DNA of 64,000 nt from Candidatus Zixiibacteriota bacterium (GCA_024280775.1 JAJRPM010000015.1:4599-68598); one strand, 5' to 3'. Shown: positions 1 through 11,545, counted from the stretch's first letter. Notes: a model not told the origin generated them from the letters alone. Program-made: numbers and translations.

Positions 1-51
1 GATTGAGTATAATCTCAAAGAACATTATGACGCATTTGCGAAAGGGAGCTT

Positions 52-2565
52 ATGTCAGCAGATAATACAGTAGCTAACGAAAATATATGGACGTGCTCGA
101 TGCACCCAGAAGTGCGAGAACCCAAGGCAGGGTCTTGTCCGAAATGTGGTATGACTCTTGAATTGGTTTCGCCACAGATGAAATCAACTGAAACTCACTC
201 GTCAACGAAAACTGATTCGTCGCCAAAAAATCAATGGACTTGTCCGATGCATCCGGAGATTCTGGCAGATAAGCCGGGGCCTTGCCCGAAATGTGGCATG
301 GCCCTAGAGCCGACCATGCCTCAGATGAAATCATCAGCAACCGAGTGGACCTGCCCGATGCATCCGGAGATTCTAGAGTCTCAGCCTGGTTCATGCCCCA
401 AATGCGGCATGGCTCTTGAAGCGAAGTCTCCTCCTGCATTAGCCACCAAAACTGAGTGGACTTGTCCGATGCATCCGGAAATCGTGAGCGACAAGCCAGG
501 CTCATGCCCAAAATGCGGTATGGCCCTCGAGCCCAAAACAGTGAGCGTCGACGATGATGAGAGTAATCCTGAACTTGAGGACATGACTCGCCGCTTTTGG
601 TTTTCCACAGCTTTGACAATTCCACTTTTAATAATAGCAATGGGCGATTTGTTACCCGGGAAACCGTTTTCGAACTTATTCCCGGAAGGTTGGAGGGTGT
701 TCGTTGAACTTGGACTCGCGACCCCGGTTTTGCTTTGGGGGGCATGGCCGTTCTATGTGCGCGCAATCCAGTCTGTTAAAACGATGAATCTAAATATGTT
801 TACTCTCATTGGATTGGGTGTAAGCGTGGCATATATATACAGTCTCATTGCAACTGTATTTCCTGAGATATTCCCGCCAGCATTCCGGGAGGCGTCCGGA
901 GAAGTTGCAGTCTATTACGAAGCCGCTGGTGTAATAGTAACCCTTATTCTGCTGGGGCAGGTTCTAGAACTGCGCGCGCGCAGTCAGACGAATTCGGCCA
1001 TCAAGAAGCTACTAGGTATGCAGGCGGTTTCAGCCAGACGAGTTGCCGCTGATGGCTCTGAAGAAGAAATTCCGTTGGAAGAAGTGCAAGTTGGCGACAG
1101 CCTGCGAGTTCGTCCGGGTGAAAAAACTCCGGTTGATGGAATTGTACTGGAAGGCAATAGCTCAATCGATGAATCCCTAGTAACCAGTGAACCGATTCCT
1201 GTCGAAAAAGTCGCTGGCGATAAAGTTATCGGGGCAACTATCAACGGCCCCGGATCATTCATCATGCGCGCCGATAGAATCGGCGCAGATACCTTGCTCT
1301 CACGAATTGTCAAAATGGTCTCCGAAGCCCAGCGCAGTCGGGCGCCAATTCAAAAACTTGCCGATATGGTCGCGGGATATTTTGTGCCGATTGTTGTGCT
1401 TATATCTGTGGTGACATTCATCATTGGGGCTAACTGGGGACCTGAGCCGGCTTTGGCTCTCGCACTCATCAATGCAGTTGCGGTGTTGATAATTGCCTGT
1501 CCTTGTGCGCTAGGACTGGCAACACCTATGTCCATCATGGTTGCAACCGGTAAGGGCGCCTCATTTGGTGTCCTATTCAAGAACGCCGAAGCAATTGAGG
1601 TTCTTCGCAAAGTTGATACTCTTGTAGTTGATAAAACCGGAACACTCACAGAAGGCAAACCGAAATTAGTGACTGTAAAAGCGACAGACGGAGACGACGC
1701 TCGAATGCTCCAACTCGTGGCCTCACTGGAACGAGGTAGTGAGCATCCGTTAGCCGAATCAATTGTCCGTGGCGCAGAAGAGCGCGGCGCAAAGATGATT
1801 AAAGCTGAGGATTTTGAATCAATAACCGGTAAGGGTGTTCTGGGTGTTGTCGATGGCGTGAAGATAGCGCTTGGTAATCACAAGCTCATGAGCGATATCG
1901 GAGCGGATGTCAATTCACTTGTCAAGGAAGCAGACGAGCTTCGCGCCGAGGGGCAAACGGTAATGTTTGTCGCTCTCGACGGAAAAACCGCTGGATTCAT
2001 TGGTGTAGCCGATCCCATCAAGGAAAGCACACCAGCGGCAATAAAAGCTCTGCATGCCGAAGGTATCAGAATTGTCCTGTTGACCGGTGACAATGAAACA
2101 ACCGCCAAAGCGGTAGCTGAAAAACTTGGTATCGACGATGTGCAGGCCGAAGCAATGCCAGACACCAAAGCCGAAGTAGTTAAGAGATTGCAAGCCGAAG
2201 GCCATATTGTGGCTATGGCCGGCGATGGTGTCAATGACGCTCCCGCGTTGGCCTCAGCGCACGTCGGAATCGCGATGGGCGCTGGAGCTGATGTAGCAAT
2301 GGAGAGCGCCGGAGTGACACTTGTTAAAGGTAACCTCGACGGCATAATACGTGCGCGTGTTCTTAGCCGTAAGACGATGGCGAATATCAAGCAGAACCTA
2401 TTCTTCGCCTTTATCTACAATGGAGCCGGTGTGCCCATAGCCGCCGGAGTCCTCTATCCATTTTTCGGAATACTCCTAAGTCCAATAATTGCGGCCGCGG
2501 CAATGAGTTTCAGCTCACTGTCAGTAGTAGCCAATGCATTACGCTTACGAGGAGTGAAAATCTGA
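52..2565 (+). CDS. copA: Copper-translocating P1B-type ATPase with four N-terminal CxMHPE..CPKCGM metal-binding repeats
   Basis: [12 protein letters not shown] (CPC), [22 protein letters not shown] and MSFSS motifs; AGGGAG RBS just upstream. Confidence 0.95.
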   Translation: MSADNTVANENIWTCSMHPEVREPKAGSCPKCGMTLELVSPQMKSTETHSSTKTDSSPKNQWTCPMHPEILADKPGPCPKCGMALEPTMPQMKSSATEWTCPMHPEILESQPGSCPKCGMALEAKSPPALATKTEWTCPMHPEIVSDKPGSCPKCGMALEPKTVSVDDDESNPELEDMTRRFWFSTALTIPLLIIAMGDLLPGKPFSNLFPEGWRVFVELGLATPVLLWGAWPFYVRAIQSVKTMNLNMFTLIGLGVSVAYIYSLIATVFPEIFPPAFREASGEVAVYYEAAGVIVTLILLGQVLELRARSQTNSAIKKLLGMQAVSARRVAADGSEEEIPLEEVQVGDSLRVRPGEKTPVDGIVLEGNSSIDESLVTSEPIPVEKVAGDKVIGATINGPGSFIMRADRIGADTLLSRIVKMVSEAQRSRAPIQKLADMVAGYFVPIVVLISVVTFIIGANWGPEPALALALINAVAVLIIACPCALGLATPMSIMVATGKGASFGVLFKNAEAIEVLRKVDTLVVDKTGTLTEGKPKLVTVKATDGDDARMLQLVASLERGSEHPLAESIVRGAEERGAKMIKAEDFESITGKGVLGVVDGVKIALGNHKLMSDIGADVNSLVKEADELRAEGQTVMFVALDGKTAGFIGVADPIKESTPAAIKALHAEGIRIVLLTGDNETTAKAVAEKLGIDDVQAEAMPDTKAEVVKRLQAEGHIVAMAGDGVNDAPALASAHVGIAMGAGADVAMESAGVTLVKGNLDGIIRARVLSRKTMANIKQNLFFAFIYNGAGVPIAAGVLYPFFGILLSPIIAAAAMSFSSLSVVANALRLRGVKI
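88..531 (+). repeat. Four intragenic repeats encoding heavy-metal-binding domains (WTCxMHPE...CPKCGMxLE)
   Basis: Similar tggac.tg..cgatgca.cc.ga ... tg.cc.aaatg.gg.atg blocks start near 88, 235, 346 and 457. Confidence 0.9.
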
Positions 2566-2631
2566 TGATACTCTCTGACTATTTGTTTTCCCGAGCAGTG
2601 AGGATTAAGGTTTCGGGCAATAACTATTGAT

Positions 2632-2660
2632 TTGACATATTCAGAATATCTAGCTACTTT
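2632..2660 (+). promoter_or_regulatory. sigma70-type promoter for the lipoprotein pair
   Basis: TTGACA(2632-2637)-17 nt-TACTTT(2655-2660). Confidence 0.6.
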
Positions 2661-2709
2661 TATGAGTAGGTAATGACCCGAGTTTGAGCTCATAGGAAGG
2701 TAGCGGATA

Positions 2710-3792
2710 GTGGTAAAGTTTCGATGTCAGCTAAAAGTAGTTTTTGTGGCGGTTTTCGCATTCGTCGCCTTTTCGTCATGCTCCAATGAAACTGACAATC
2801 CTGTCAATCCATCATCGGATGTTGAATATTTCCCGAACCAAGTCGGCAATACCTGGACATACCAAATCCCAATCGAAGCCGACACAGCAACCGGCCAGGC
2901 CGCAGGATTTGCAAGAAGTGTCGTTTCAATAACAGGGGAAACCGAGATCCTCGATGGAATCCCTGTATCTATTTGGGTTCGCACTTCACCAGATTCAAAG
3001 ATCTGCCCGGAATGTCAGGACACTACATTCGTTTTTGCCAATGAAACCCGCGCCAAGTTTATCGAGCGGGTTGAAGTATCTAGAGATTCTCTGGAGCTAC
3101 AAGTAGTCGCCGAGTTCAAATTTCCCTTCCGCGCCGACGAAACTTGGGACTGGACCCCATTCACCGATGAGAGAGAACCTCCGATCATTGCCTCAACCGG
3201 CAAGACTCTAAGAACCACTACAATTGAGGTCGGCGCAGGAACTTTCACGAGCGCTCATTTGATTACGTTAGAATCGGGTGGAATTAACTCTACGATTATT
3301 CCGGGTAAGAATGGATTCTACTGGTTCGCTCCTCAAATTGGCATCATCAGTTTTGTGAAAGGGACCGGCGCAAGTGGTGGTGGAGCTTACTCAACACCGG
3401 ACGAGTTCGCAGATAGAATTCCGAAAGCTTTTACAAGTATTGCAGATCTTGGCCCTCCAGAATTCAAGTTCACCGACTTAACCATGGATTGCGATTCTAT
3501 TCACGACCTCAACGGAAATGGATTCCTGGATATAGATGACCTTGCAAGTTGCGATTTCTTTAGACCTTCCACGTCCAACGCTGGCTCAGTTTACTATGGC
3601 AGAACTTGTGACACATTGTTTGACCAAAACGGAAACGGATTTTTCGACGAAGCTGACGCTATAGGCTGTGACTTCTTCACCTCTCCACTCTTCTATGATA
3701 TAGAGGATACTTTCGTTGACCCAAACGCTATCCCCAGGACGCTACCGCAATTGTGGGAACTACAAACTTTCAATGTGGAAGGCGAGAAATAG
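2710..3792 (+). CDS. Putative lipoprotein with two Cys-flanked EF-hand/dockerin-like Ca-binding loops
   Basis: Signal peptide ending AFSSC; YFPNQVGNTWTY; DLNGNGFLDIDD and DQNGNGFFDEAD loops. Confidence 0.75.
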   Translation: MVKFRCQLKVVFVAVFAFVAFSSCSNETDNPVNPSSDVEYFPNQVGNTWTYQIPIEADTATGQAAGFARSVVSITGETEILDGIPVSIWVRTSPDSKICPECQDTTFVFANETRAKFIERVEVSRDSLELQVVAEFKFPFRADETWDWTPFTDEREPPIIASTGKTLRTTTIEVGAGTFTSAHLITLESGGINSTIIPGKNGFYWFAPQIGIISFVKGTGASGGGAYSTPDEFADRIPKAFTSIADLGPPEFKFTDLTMDCDSIHDLNGNGFLDIDDLASCDFFRPSTSNAGSVYYGRTCDTLFDQNGNGFFDEADAIGCDFFTSPLFYDIEDTFVDPNAIPRTLPQLWELQTFNVEGEK

Positions 3793-3793
3793 T

Positions 3794-4549
3794 ATGCTCA
3801 TACACTTCAGATACTTTACGTCGCGCTTGTGGATACCTTTAGCGCTAACAGCTATGCTCATTGCCTCCTGTTCCAATTCATCCGGACCGCAAGATGCAGA
3901 TAATCAACCTGAGTATTTTCCGAATAGAGTTGGAACGACGTGGGACTATGATTTTCCAAACGCCAGTAGTACATCGCCTAGCTTACACAGATCTGTACGG
4001 ATAGTTGATAAAGCGACAATACTTGACGGCATGAAAGTTTCGGTGGCGCAGAACACCTATTCATTCCAGGAAACACGATTTGCGGACACGCAATTTGTGT
4101 TCGTTGACCAAGACAGCTTGGTGATTTTCAAAAAATCAACAACATCAAATGCGCTGGTGCGAGAGCACAAATTCTTGTTCCCCTTGAGAGTAGGTGACAA
4201 AGTTAGCTGGAGTAATACTGTTAGACTTCTGCCGGACGGTTCAGACTTTATTGGGACTGCCTACCCTGGAATCGGTGAAGTCGTAGGTAAAGACTCAATG
4301 CTTGTTCGTTCCAACTTCTACACAGAGGTCTATGAAATCCTTAACGTTAGCAGAGCCTCTGTCTCAAATTCGACCATGAACCGGGAGACGACTTTTTGGA
4401 TTTCTCCCGAGGTGGGAATTATCAAGCGTTCTGAGATATTCTGTCCGATAAGACCCTACAATGGTGGTGGTCCCAAGGAAATTCCACGCGGCTGTTTCCG
4501 TGATAACGGATTGTGGGAGCTCTCAGAATTCAGCCCACCCACAAAATAG
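3794..4549 (+). CDS. Putative lipoprotein, paralogue of 2710..3792
   Basis: ATG at 3794 one base after the previous stop; lipobox LIASC; shares YFPNxVGxTWxY, WxxPxxGII and LWEL motifs. Confidence 0.75.
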   Translation: MLIHFRYFTSRLWIPLALTAMLIASCSNSSGPQDADNQPEYFPNRVGTTWDYDFPNASSTSPSLHRSVRIVDKATILDGMKVSVAQNTYSFQETRFADTQFVFVDQDSLVIFKKSTTSNALVREHKFLFPLRVGDKVSWSNTVRLLPDGSDFIGTAYPGIGEVVGKDSMLVRSNFYTEVYEILNVSRASVSNSTMNRETTFWISPEVGIIKRSEIFCPIRPYNGGGPKEIPRGCFRDNGLWELSEFSPPTK

Positions 4550-4560
4550 CGATAGTTGAT

Positions 4561-5460
4561 TCAACGAGCGCCAAGTGAACAAGTATAACTGACCCATTCG
4601 CCATCACTGGCTTTTGACCAATTTGTCACACCACATTCGCGCAACGCATTCTCAATAGATTTAGTGTCAGGTTTCGTTATACCCGAAAGTATGAGAGTTC
4701 CTGACTGGCTAACTAGCTGAACTAGATCAGATAGAATCTCCAGCAGAATTCTGCTAATCATATTCGCAACAACAATATCATAACTTCCCGCTTCCCCACT
4801 GAAAACATCAGTAGAGCCCAGGGCTATTTCTGCATTCTCACTTACACCATTGAGTCGGCAATTCTCTTTACTGTTTTCAATCGCGACTGGATCATTATCG
4901 ACTGCTTTAACAAATGATGCGCCAAGCTTCACAGCTAAGATAGACAGTATCAAAGAACCACAACCAACATCAGCCACTCGCATCCCCGGCTTGAGAGTAT
5001 CCTTTAAGGCGCACATCGCCAGTTTCGTTGTCTCATGTGAGCCAACACCAAAGGCCATTTTGGGGTCAATTACAATGTCAGTTGTAATTGTTGGAACCTG
5101 AATACTCTCACGCTCCACCCAGGTGGGCCGGACTAGAATTGTATCTGCAATGATTACTGCTTTGGTCTCGCGACGGAATTTTTCCTGCCAGTCGATTTCC
5201 GGGATGAACTCAATTGCAAATTCTGGCGCAGGCGTTGAAAGGGTATCCTGATAGAAACTAATCCAAATTTCACGGAACTTGCCCACTTCAGATTCAGATA
5301 GATAGAACCGTAGTGTAACTTGTGAATCAGAACTGCCAAGCTCCTGAAACCCGTCGGAGAGGCGCCTTTGCAAGAAATCATTAACTAGACCATACTCAGA
5401 CCGAGCGATTGAAGCGGTGATTTGCGAATGGCCAGCTTGAGCAGAGTCGCTGGTGTTCAT
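4561..5460 (-). CDS. prmA: Ribosomal protein L11 methyltransferase
   Basis: IDPKMAFGVGSHETT and DVGCGS motifs; directly follows dnaJ. Confidence 0.93.
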   Translation of the reverse strand: MNTSDSAQAGHSQITASIARSEYGLVNDFLQRRLSDGFQELGSSDSQVTLRFYLSESEVGKFREIWISFYQDTLSTPAPEFAIEFIPEIDWQEKFRRETKAVIIADTILVRPTWVERESIQVPTITTDIVIDPKMAFGVGSHETTKLAMCALKDTLKPGMRVADVGCGSLILSILAVKLGASFVKAVDNDPVAIENSKENCRLNGVSENAEIALGSTDVFSGEAGSYDIVVANMISRILLEILSDLVQLVSQSGTLILSGITKPDTKSIENALRECGVTNWSKASDGEWVSYTCSLGAR

Positions 5461-6624
5461 CTAAACGCCAAGCGAGTCACGGAGTTTTTGCAGGAATGAT
5501 TTGTCGTGCTTCGGAGGATTGAATGATTCAGATTGTCCCATTTGCTCCAGCAACTTCTTATCGGCGCTAGAAAGCTTTGTCGGAGTCCACACAGTAAGCA
5601 AAACAATTTGATCGCCTCGACCGTAACGTCTCAAGTGGGGGATTCCTTCACCGCGAAGCTTAATAGCTTTTCCGCTTTGCACACCAGCGGGAATCTTGAT
5701 TGTCTCGCTACCGCGCAATGTCGGGACTTCAAGTTTGGTTCCCAGCGCCGCAGTAGTGAATGAGATCATCTTCTGGTAAATTACATCGTCACCCTGACGC
5801 ACAAAATGTTCATGCTCTTTTTCTTCAATGACAACTTGCAAGTCACCGGGATGCCCACCTTGCGGGCCGAAATTCCCTTCGCCCTCAACAGTAAGGTAAT
5901 TACCTTCGCTAACCCCAGCAGGAATCTCAACTTCAGTCTCGCCGGAGATTTTGCTACGTCCCTCACCACCGCAATCATCACAAGGAGAAGCAATCACTTT
6001 GCCACTGCCCTGACATTGCGGACAGGTTCTAACTTGCTGAATCTGCCCGATAAAAGTGCTGGTGACAGTTCGCACCTGCCCTGCTCCGCCACACTGGCGA
6101 CAGGTCTCCGGTTGCGAACCTGCCGCGGCTCCCGAACCGTTACAAGTCTCGCAGGCGCCAAGTCGATTTACACGAAGTTTCTTGGTGGCGCCCATGGCGA
6201 TTTCTTCGAGTGTCAACGATATGCGAATCCGCAAATCTTCGCCACGATTGGATTGGCCGCGTCTTCCACCGCCAAACATATCTTCGAATCCACCACCGCC
6301 ACCACCACCGAAGTCACGCATAAAAGATCGCAGAGCCTCGTTAATGTCAAAACCGCCGAAGCCCGCATGACCACCACCAAAGCCTCCACCGGCTTGGCCG
6401 TTGAATGCCGCATGTCCGAATTGGTCATAGCGCTGACGTTTCTCCGCGTCCTTCAATACTTCATAGGCTTCAGTGGCTTCTTTGAACTTGTCCTCAGCAG
6501 ATTTGTCATCCGGATTTCTATCAGGATGATACTTCATCGCCAACTTACGATAGGCGGTCTTGATTTCAACATGACCAGCCCCGCGCTCTACAGAAAGAAT
6601 TTCGTAATAATCTCGTTCAGTCAT
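5461..6624 (-). CDS. dnaJ: Chaperone DnaJ
   Basis: J domain with HPD, G/F-rich linker, four CxxCxGxG repeats; start taken at MTERDYY. Confidence 0.97.
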   Translation of the reverse strand: MTERDYYEILSVERGAGHVEIKTAYRKLAMKYHPDRNPDDKSAEDKFKEATEAYEVLKDAEKRQRYDQFGHAAFNGQAGGGFGGGHAGFGGFDINEALRSFMRDFGGGGGGGFEDMFGGGRRGQSNRGEDLRIRISLTLEEIAMGATKKLRVNRLGACETCNGSGAAAGSQPETCRQCGGAGQVRTVTSTFIGQIQQVRTCPQCQGSGKVIASPCDDCGGEGRSKISGETEVEIPAGVSEGNYLTVEGEGNFGPQGGHPGDLQVVIEEKEHEHFVRQGDDVIYQKMISFTTAALGTKLEVPTLRGSETIKIPAGVQSGKAIKLRGEGIPHLRRYGRGDQIVLLTVWTPTKLSSADKKLLEQMGQSESFNPPKHDKSFLQKLRDSLGV

Positions 6625-6702
6625 ATATATTAGATGCACTCTAGCAACGGTCCCGCAACAGCTTCTCCTATTGCTTCTCAGCTATAGCGCTAATGTCTAA
6701 GG

Positions 6703-8640
6703 CTATTTCTTTTCCTCATCAACAACTTCAAAATCTGCATCTACAGTATTGTCAGCTGCGCTACCTGCATCGGATGACTCGGTAGAGTCTCCTCCGCCTG
6801 TATCCCCGGCTTGTCCCGCCTCTGCCGCTTTCTCAGCTGTAGCCGCTTTGTACATCTCTTCGGATAGCTTATGCGAGGCGGTTGTCAGCTCCTCTTTGGC
6901 GGAATTGATTTCTTCGATTGATTCGCCTGTCAGAGCTTCTTTGAGTTTGTCCAGCGCCGCTTGAACCTTGGTCTTCTCGTCATCATCGATTTTATCACCG
7001 TGATCTTTGAGAGTCTTCTCGGTTTGGTAATGCAGTTGGTCAGCCTCATTGCGCGCTTTGACCAGCTCCTCGCGAGTCTTATCTTCCTCAGAATGCGCTT
7101 CTGCGTCTTTCACCATTCCATCGATTTCGTTATCTGAGAGTCCTGATGAAGCCTCAATGCGAATCGACTGTTCTTTGCCGGTTGCACTATCTTTAGCGCT
7201 GACATGCACAATACCGTTTGCGTCAATATCGAATGACACTTCAATTTGCGGAATCCCACGAGGCGCAGGAGGAATACCCACCAAATCAAAACGTCCCAGT
7301 GTCCTACTATCGGAGGCCATCTTCCGCTCGCCCTGCAGAACATGAATGTTCACCGCAGGCTGATTGTCAGAAGCAGTTGAAAACACTTGCGACTTCTTGG
7401 TCGGAATTGTGGTATTGCGCTCAATCAGCGGAGTCATTACACCACCAAGAGTCTCAATGCCCAATGTCAGAGGTGTCACATCCAACAGGACCACATCTTT
7501 AAGGTCGCCAGCGAGTACGCCGCCCTGAATCGCCGCGCCAATAGCTACCACCTCATCAGGATTCACACCCTTATGTGGCTCCCGACCAAATATCTCTTTT
7601 ACTATCTCATGAACCTTCGGCATACGAGACATACCGCCAACGAGCACCACCTCATCCATATCAGAGGCTTTAAGCTTAGAGTCAGCAAGCGCTTTTTTGC
7701 AAGGGCCGATAGTTCGTTGCAGAAGTTCATCAGTTAACTGCTCAAGTTTGGCGCGTGAGAGTGTCAGGTCCAAATGCTTTGGGCCATCCTGGTCCGCAGT
7801 CACGAAAGGCAAATTGATATTGGTCTGCATTGCGCTTGATAGCTCGATCTTCGCTTTTTCCGCCGCCTCACGCAAACGCTGAAGCGCGATGCGGTCTTTA
7901 CGCAAGTCTATGCTGTTGGTCTTTTTGAACTCCTCTGCCATCCAATCAATTATCTTCTGGTCAAAGTCATCGCCACCCAAATGAGTGTCACCGGAGGTGG
8001 CATGCACTTCAAAAACACCGTCGCCGATTTCAAGAACTGAAACATCAAACGTACCACCACCGAGATCGAAAACCACTATCTTCTTGTTGCCGCCCTTATC
8101 AAGTCCATAGGCCAGTGATGCGGCTGTCGGCTCGTTGATAATACGCAACACTTCAAGCCCGGCAATTTTGCCAGCATCCTTAGTGGCCTGACGTTGTGAG
8201 TCATTGAAATATGCAGGAACTGTGATTACCGCTTTCGTCACTTCAGAGCCAAGATGATTCTCTGCCGCTTTCTTCAGATACTGCAGAACCATCGCTGATA
8301 GTTCAGGTGGAGCATAAGTTTTGTCACCGACATGAACCACGACATTGTCGTTACCATCGCCTTGAACATCATAGGGAACTAGTTTCTCTTCAGAGGAAAC
8401 CTCAGCGTGCTTACGGCCCATGAAACGCTTGATAGAATACAGAGTGTTTTCCGGGTTAGTGACAGCCTGACGTTTCGCCGCCGCGCCGACTAGCCTTTCG
8501 CCGGTTTTTGAAAAAGCCACCACCGAAGGAGTCGTGCGTGCGCCTTCCTGATTCGGGATAACTGTCGGCTCATTTCCTTCGAGGACTGCGACACAACTGT
8601 TTGTTGTCCCCAGATCGATTCCGATTACTTTGTTTGACAT
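6703..8640 (-). CDS. dnaK: Chaperone DnaK (Hsp70)
   Basis: [27 protein letters not shown]-terminal DADFEVV. Confidence 0.98.
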   Translation of the reverse strand: MSNKVIGIDLGTTNSCVAVLEGNEPTVIPNQEGARTTPSVVAFSKTGERLVGAAAKRQAVTNPENTLYSIKRFMGRKHAEVSSEEKLVPYDVQGDGNDNVVVHVGDKTYAPPELSAMVLQYLKKAAENHLGSEVTKAVITVPAYFNDSQRQATKDAGKIAGLEVLRIINEPTAASLAYGLDKGGNKKIVVFDLGGGTFDVSVLEIGDGVFEVHATSGDTHLGGDDFDQKIIDWMAEEFKKTNSIDLRKDRIALQRLREAAEKAKIELSSAMQTNINLPFVTADQDGPKHLDLTLSRAKLEQLTDELLQRTIGPCKKALADSKLKASDMDEVVLVGGMSRMPKVHEIVKEIFGREPHKGVNPDEVVAIGAAIQGGVLAGDLKDVVLLDVTPLTLGIETLGGVMTPLIERNTTIPTKKSQVFSTASDNQPAVNIHVLQGERKMASDSRTLGRFDLVGIPPAPRGIPQIEVSFDIDANGIVHVSAKDSATGKEQSIRIEASSGLSDNEIDGMVKDAEAHSEEDKTREELVKARNEADQLHYQTEKTLKDHGDKIDDDEKTKVQAALDKLKEALTGESIEEINSAKEELTTASHKLSEEMYKAATAEKAAEAGQAGDTGGGDSTESSDAGSAADNTVDADFEVVDEEKK

Positions 8641-8757
8641 CTTGGGCAAAACTCCAATCTACATATTGTTACTGGACGCAAAGGCTCTCTGCGACTCTGG
8701 TATTATTTTCTATCAACAAATCTCTAGCAATAACTCTTTATATAATAACCGCAATTT

Positions 8758-9336
8758 CTAATCTTGTGTCTTCTTCCTGGATGCCACACCGACTTTCGAG
8801 TGACGTAACACTCTATCGCCGCGTCTATACCCCTTGGAGATTACCTGTGAAATATGGTCCTCGGGGTGTTCATCAGTTTCGATTTGCACTACCGCCTCGT
8901 GAAGTGACGGGTCAAATTGTTTTCCCTCAGTCTCAATTTCTTCAACACCCTGCGACTTTAACACACCAAGTAACTGCTGGTGTATCATTTTCGCGCCTTC
9001 ATGAAGAGAGCTGTAAAGTTTCTCGGGGTTTTCATCGCCTTGCCCTCTTTCTGCCGAGGCAAGCGCGCGTTCAAAATTATCCACTGTCTCAAGCATTTGC
9101 AACAGCAGTCTGTCATTGGCGGAATTGATTAAGTCATTTCTTTCGCGAGCAGTGCGTTTCTTGAAATTCTCAAATTCAGCCGCCAAACGCATGTACTTAT
9201 CCTGAGCCTCTTGCAACGCCGTTTCCGTTCCGGTAGTATCTGCCTGCCCGGACGATACCTCACTTGCTTGCGATTGTTCATTCGCGGATGAAGTCTTTTC
9301 TGTATCTGCAAATGGTTCTTTTGATTCAGTCGTCAT
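8758..9336 (-). CDS. grpE: Nucleotide exchange factor GrpE
   Basis: RLAAEFENFKKR, FDPSLHEA, KGY..GDRVLR. Confidence 0.96.
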   Translation of the reverse strand: MTTESKEPFADTEKTSSANEQSQASEVSSGQADTTGTETALQEAQDKYMRLAAEFENFKKRTARERNDLINSANDRLLLQMLETVDNFERALASAERGQGDENPEKLYSSLHEGAKMIHQQLLGVLKSQGVEEIETEGKQFDPSLHEAVVQIETDEHPEDHISQVISKGYRRGDRVLRHSKVGVASRKKTQD

Positions 9337-9359
9337 ACTACTTTGCTTCTCTTATTATT

Positions 9360-10418
9360 TCAGTTCTTCAACTCATCTGAGTCTGCGAGACTCTCGGAAA
9401 TTGATTTGGCCGCGTATTCGACCATAGAAAGCAACTTAGAGTAACGCATCCTGGTTGGTCCGATTACTGCGATTTTGCCCTCTATAGAGCCAACTTTGTA
9501 ACTGGCGCTAACTACCGAACAGCGTTTCATCTCTTCAAGGTTGTTCTCATCACCTATTTTGACAATGACTCCGGTACTTGTAGTTCCATCACCGTTGTCA
9601 CACTTAAGCTCCTGCGAAAGTTTCTCCTGGTTTTCTAAAGTGCGTACAAATTGCACTAGTTGCTTACGGTCTGCAAACTCCGGTTGTCCGAGCAAATTCT
9701 CGGCTCCAACTACATGCAATTGAATATCTGAAACTCCCTCCCAGATTCCAGACTCCGGATCAATAAACAGCTTCAAAAGTCGTGCATTGCCAGTTACATT
9801 CGCCAGTCGGCTGGTGATAGTCCTGCGGATTTCACCTAATGTCAGCCCGCATAATTTCTCATTGAGAATCTGCTCCAACGTTCGCATATCCTCATCAGGC
9901 AATGAAGCCTCAACTTCAAGAATCACCGAACGCGCCAACCCAGATTTGACTACCAGAACCACCAAAGCCTTATCGGAATTCAACGGAACCAATTCCAATC
10001 GTGTCAAAGTTCCTTCGTCAAATCGCGGGGCAATTGTAACTCCCATTTGCATCGCGATGTCCGCCAAGGCGCGTGTTGATTGCCCGAGAATCGCATCGAT
10101 GGATTTACCCGAGTTAAACAGAGAGTTGCGAATTTTCTTACGTTCGGCGGCGCTCAAGGATTCGGGTTTCAAGAGGCTATCTACATATAGCCTATAACCA
10201 ATATCAGTTGGCACCCTACCAGCGGAAGTATGCGGCTGAGAGATAAAGCCCATATCCTCCAAATCCTGCATGGTATTGCGGATAGTGGCCGACGAGAGGC
10301 CCATGCCAAACTTGGTGGCAATAACCCGCGAACCAACCGGGTCGGCGGTTGCGACATAGTGGTCGATTAGATTCTGGAGAACCTCTCGCTCCCGGGTATT
10401 TAGATTTTCAAATGCCAT
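9360..10418 (-). CDS. hrcA: Heat-inducible transcription repressor HrcA
   Basis: PVGS, SSATIRN, QPHTSAGRVPT, IGPTRMRY. Confidence 0.96.
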   Translation of the reverse strand: MAFENLNTREREVLQNLIDHYVATADPVGSRVIATKFGMGLSSATIRNTMQDLEDMGFISQPHTSAGRVPTDIGYRLYVDSLLKPESLSAAERKKIRNSLFNSGKSIDAILGQSTRALADIAMQMGVTIAPRFDEGTLTRLELVPLNSDKALVVLVVKSGLARSVILEVEASLPDEDMRTLEQILNEKLCGLTLGEIRRTITSRLANVTGNARLLKLFIDPESGIWEGVSDIQLHVVGAENLLGQPEFADRKQLVQFVRTLENQEKLSQELKCDNGDGTTSTGVIVKIGDENNLEEMKRCSVVSASYKVGSIEGKIAVIGPTRMRYSKLLSMVEYAAKSISESLADSDELKN

Positions 10419-10491
10419 ATTTTTTTCGTTCTTCAAATTGTCCCTCTCGCTTCGGCCTGCCGTTTCAGAGTCAGAAGCGCAGATAAAAAAA

Positions 10492-10518
10492 CTGGCAGTC
10501 CTTCTGCCAGAGCGCTAA
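10492..10518 (-). promoter_or_regulatory. CIRCE operator (HrcA binding site)
   Basis: Minus strand TTAGCGCTC-N9-GACTGCCAG versus consensus TTAGCACTC-N9-GAGTGCTAA, upstream of hrcA. Confidence 0.85.
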
Positions 10519-10519
10519 T

Positions 10520-10547
10520 AATTTACACGCCAAAGCTTATATGTCAA
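10520..10547 (-). promoter_or_regulatory. sigma70 promoter of the hrcA-dnaK operon
   Basis: Minus strand TTGACA-16 nt-TAAATT immediately upstream of CIRCE. Confidence 0.7.
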
Positions 10548-10616
10548 CTAATAAGCCTAAGTTCCCTACTTCAATATGTGTGGCGTTTTGTGTGGAAATA
10601 TGGATTTTCGGGGAGA

Positions 10617-11486
10617 TTATTCAGGAGCAACCATCGGAGCCCGGCCCCAATGCAGTTTTTGCCTGATAACTTTGTAAAATGAGCTATTTTTGAATCTGAG
10701 CAATCTCACCGAATTTTTCCCTTTTCGCACGACAAACTCGGCGGATTCAGGCAATTCGATTGTAAATTGGCCATCGATAGTCAATGCGCTACATCCGTGA
10801 CTGGAGTATACCCTGACAACAAGCTCGGTCTCATCAGAGAACACAAACGGCCTGCTGAAAAACCCGAATGCAGAAATCGGTGAAACTACCAATGCGCGCA
10901 TTTCAGGAGCTAAAATCGGTCCCCCGACTGATAACGAATAAGCGGTAGAACCTGTCGGAGTGGCGACAATTAGTCCATCAGCGCGGTAATTTGCGATCGG
11001 ACGATCCCCGCTAAAGAGGTCAATTGTGATAATCCTACTAGTGGCGCCCCGGTCGATAACCACTTCATTGAGAGCCGGCGGTGTCTCAACGCCATCAAGA
11101 ACGGTTTCGAGAGTCATGCACTCATCGATATGATAATCCCCTGCGACTATTCGTTCTAGATTTGCTTCCATTTCAGCCAGCGAAGACTCGGTCAGAAACC
11201 CCAGAGTGCCAACATTGACCCCAAAAATAGGAACCCCCGATCCTGCGACCAAACGAGCAGAAGTGAGTATTGTGCCGTCCCCGCCAAGTGAAACCAAAAT
11301 ATCAATTGATTCACGTAATTCATTGTCTGGCAGTGCATTTTCCGGCTGGCCCAAAAGTTCCGCTGCGGATTGAGAGAGTTTTATAGCATGACCGGTGCGT
11401 TGCCCCCAGCCGATAATCTGCCTGGCGGTTGGCCCAGTTTCGGGGCGTTTCGATTTAGGATTGAGATTAAGGCCGAAGGTCAGCAA
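10617..11486 (-). CDS. nadK: NAD kinase
   Basis: GGDGT, G.LGFL, LNE, DGLIVATPTGSTAYSLS.GGP. Confidence 0.95.
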   Translation of the reverse strand: MLTFGLNLNPKSKRPETGPTARQIIGWGQRTGHAIKLSQSAAELLGQPENALPDNELRESIDILVSLGGDGTILTSARLVAGSGVPIFGVNVGTLGFLTESSLAEMEANLERIVAGDYHIDECMTLETVLDGVETPPALNEVVIDRGATSRIITIDLFSGDRPIANYRADGLIVATPTGSTAYSLSVGGPILAPEMRALVVSPISAFGFFSRPFVFSDETELVVRVYSSHGCSALTIDGQFTIELPESAEFVVRKGKNSVRLLRFKNSSFYKVIRQKLHWGRAPMVAPE

Positions 11487-11545
11487 TGGACTATGTCCGA
11501 AGGGTAGGGCTAGATTCGCCGGTTAGAATATCACTTCGTGGAAGC

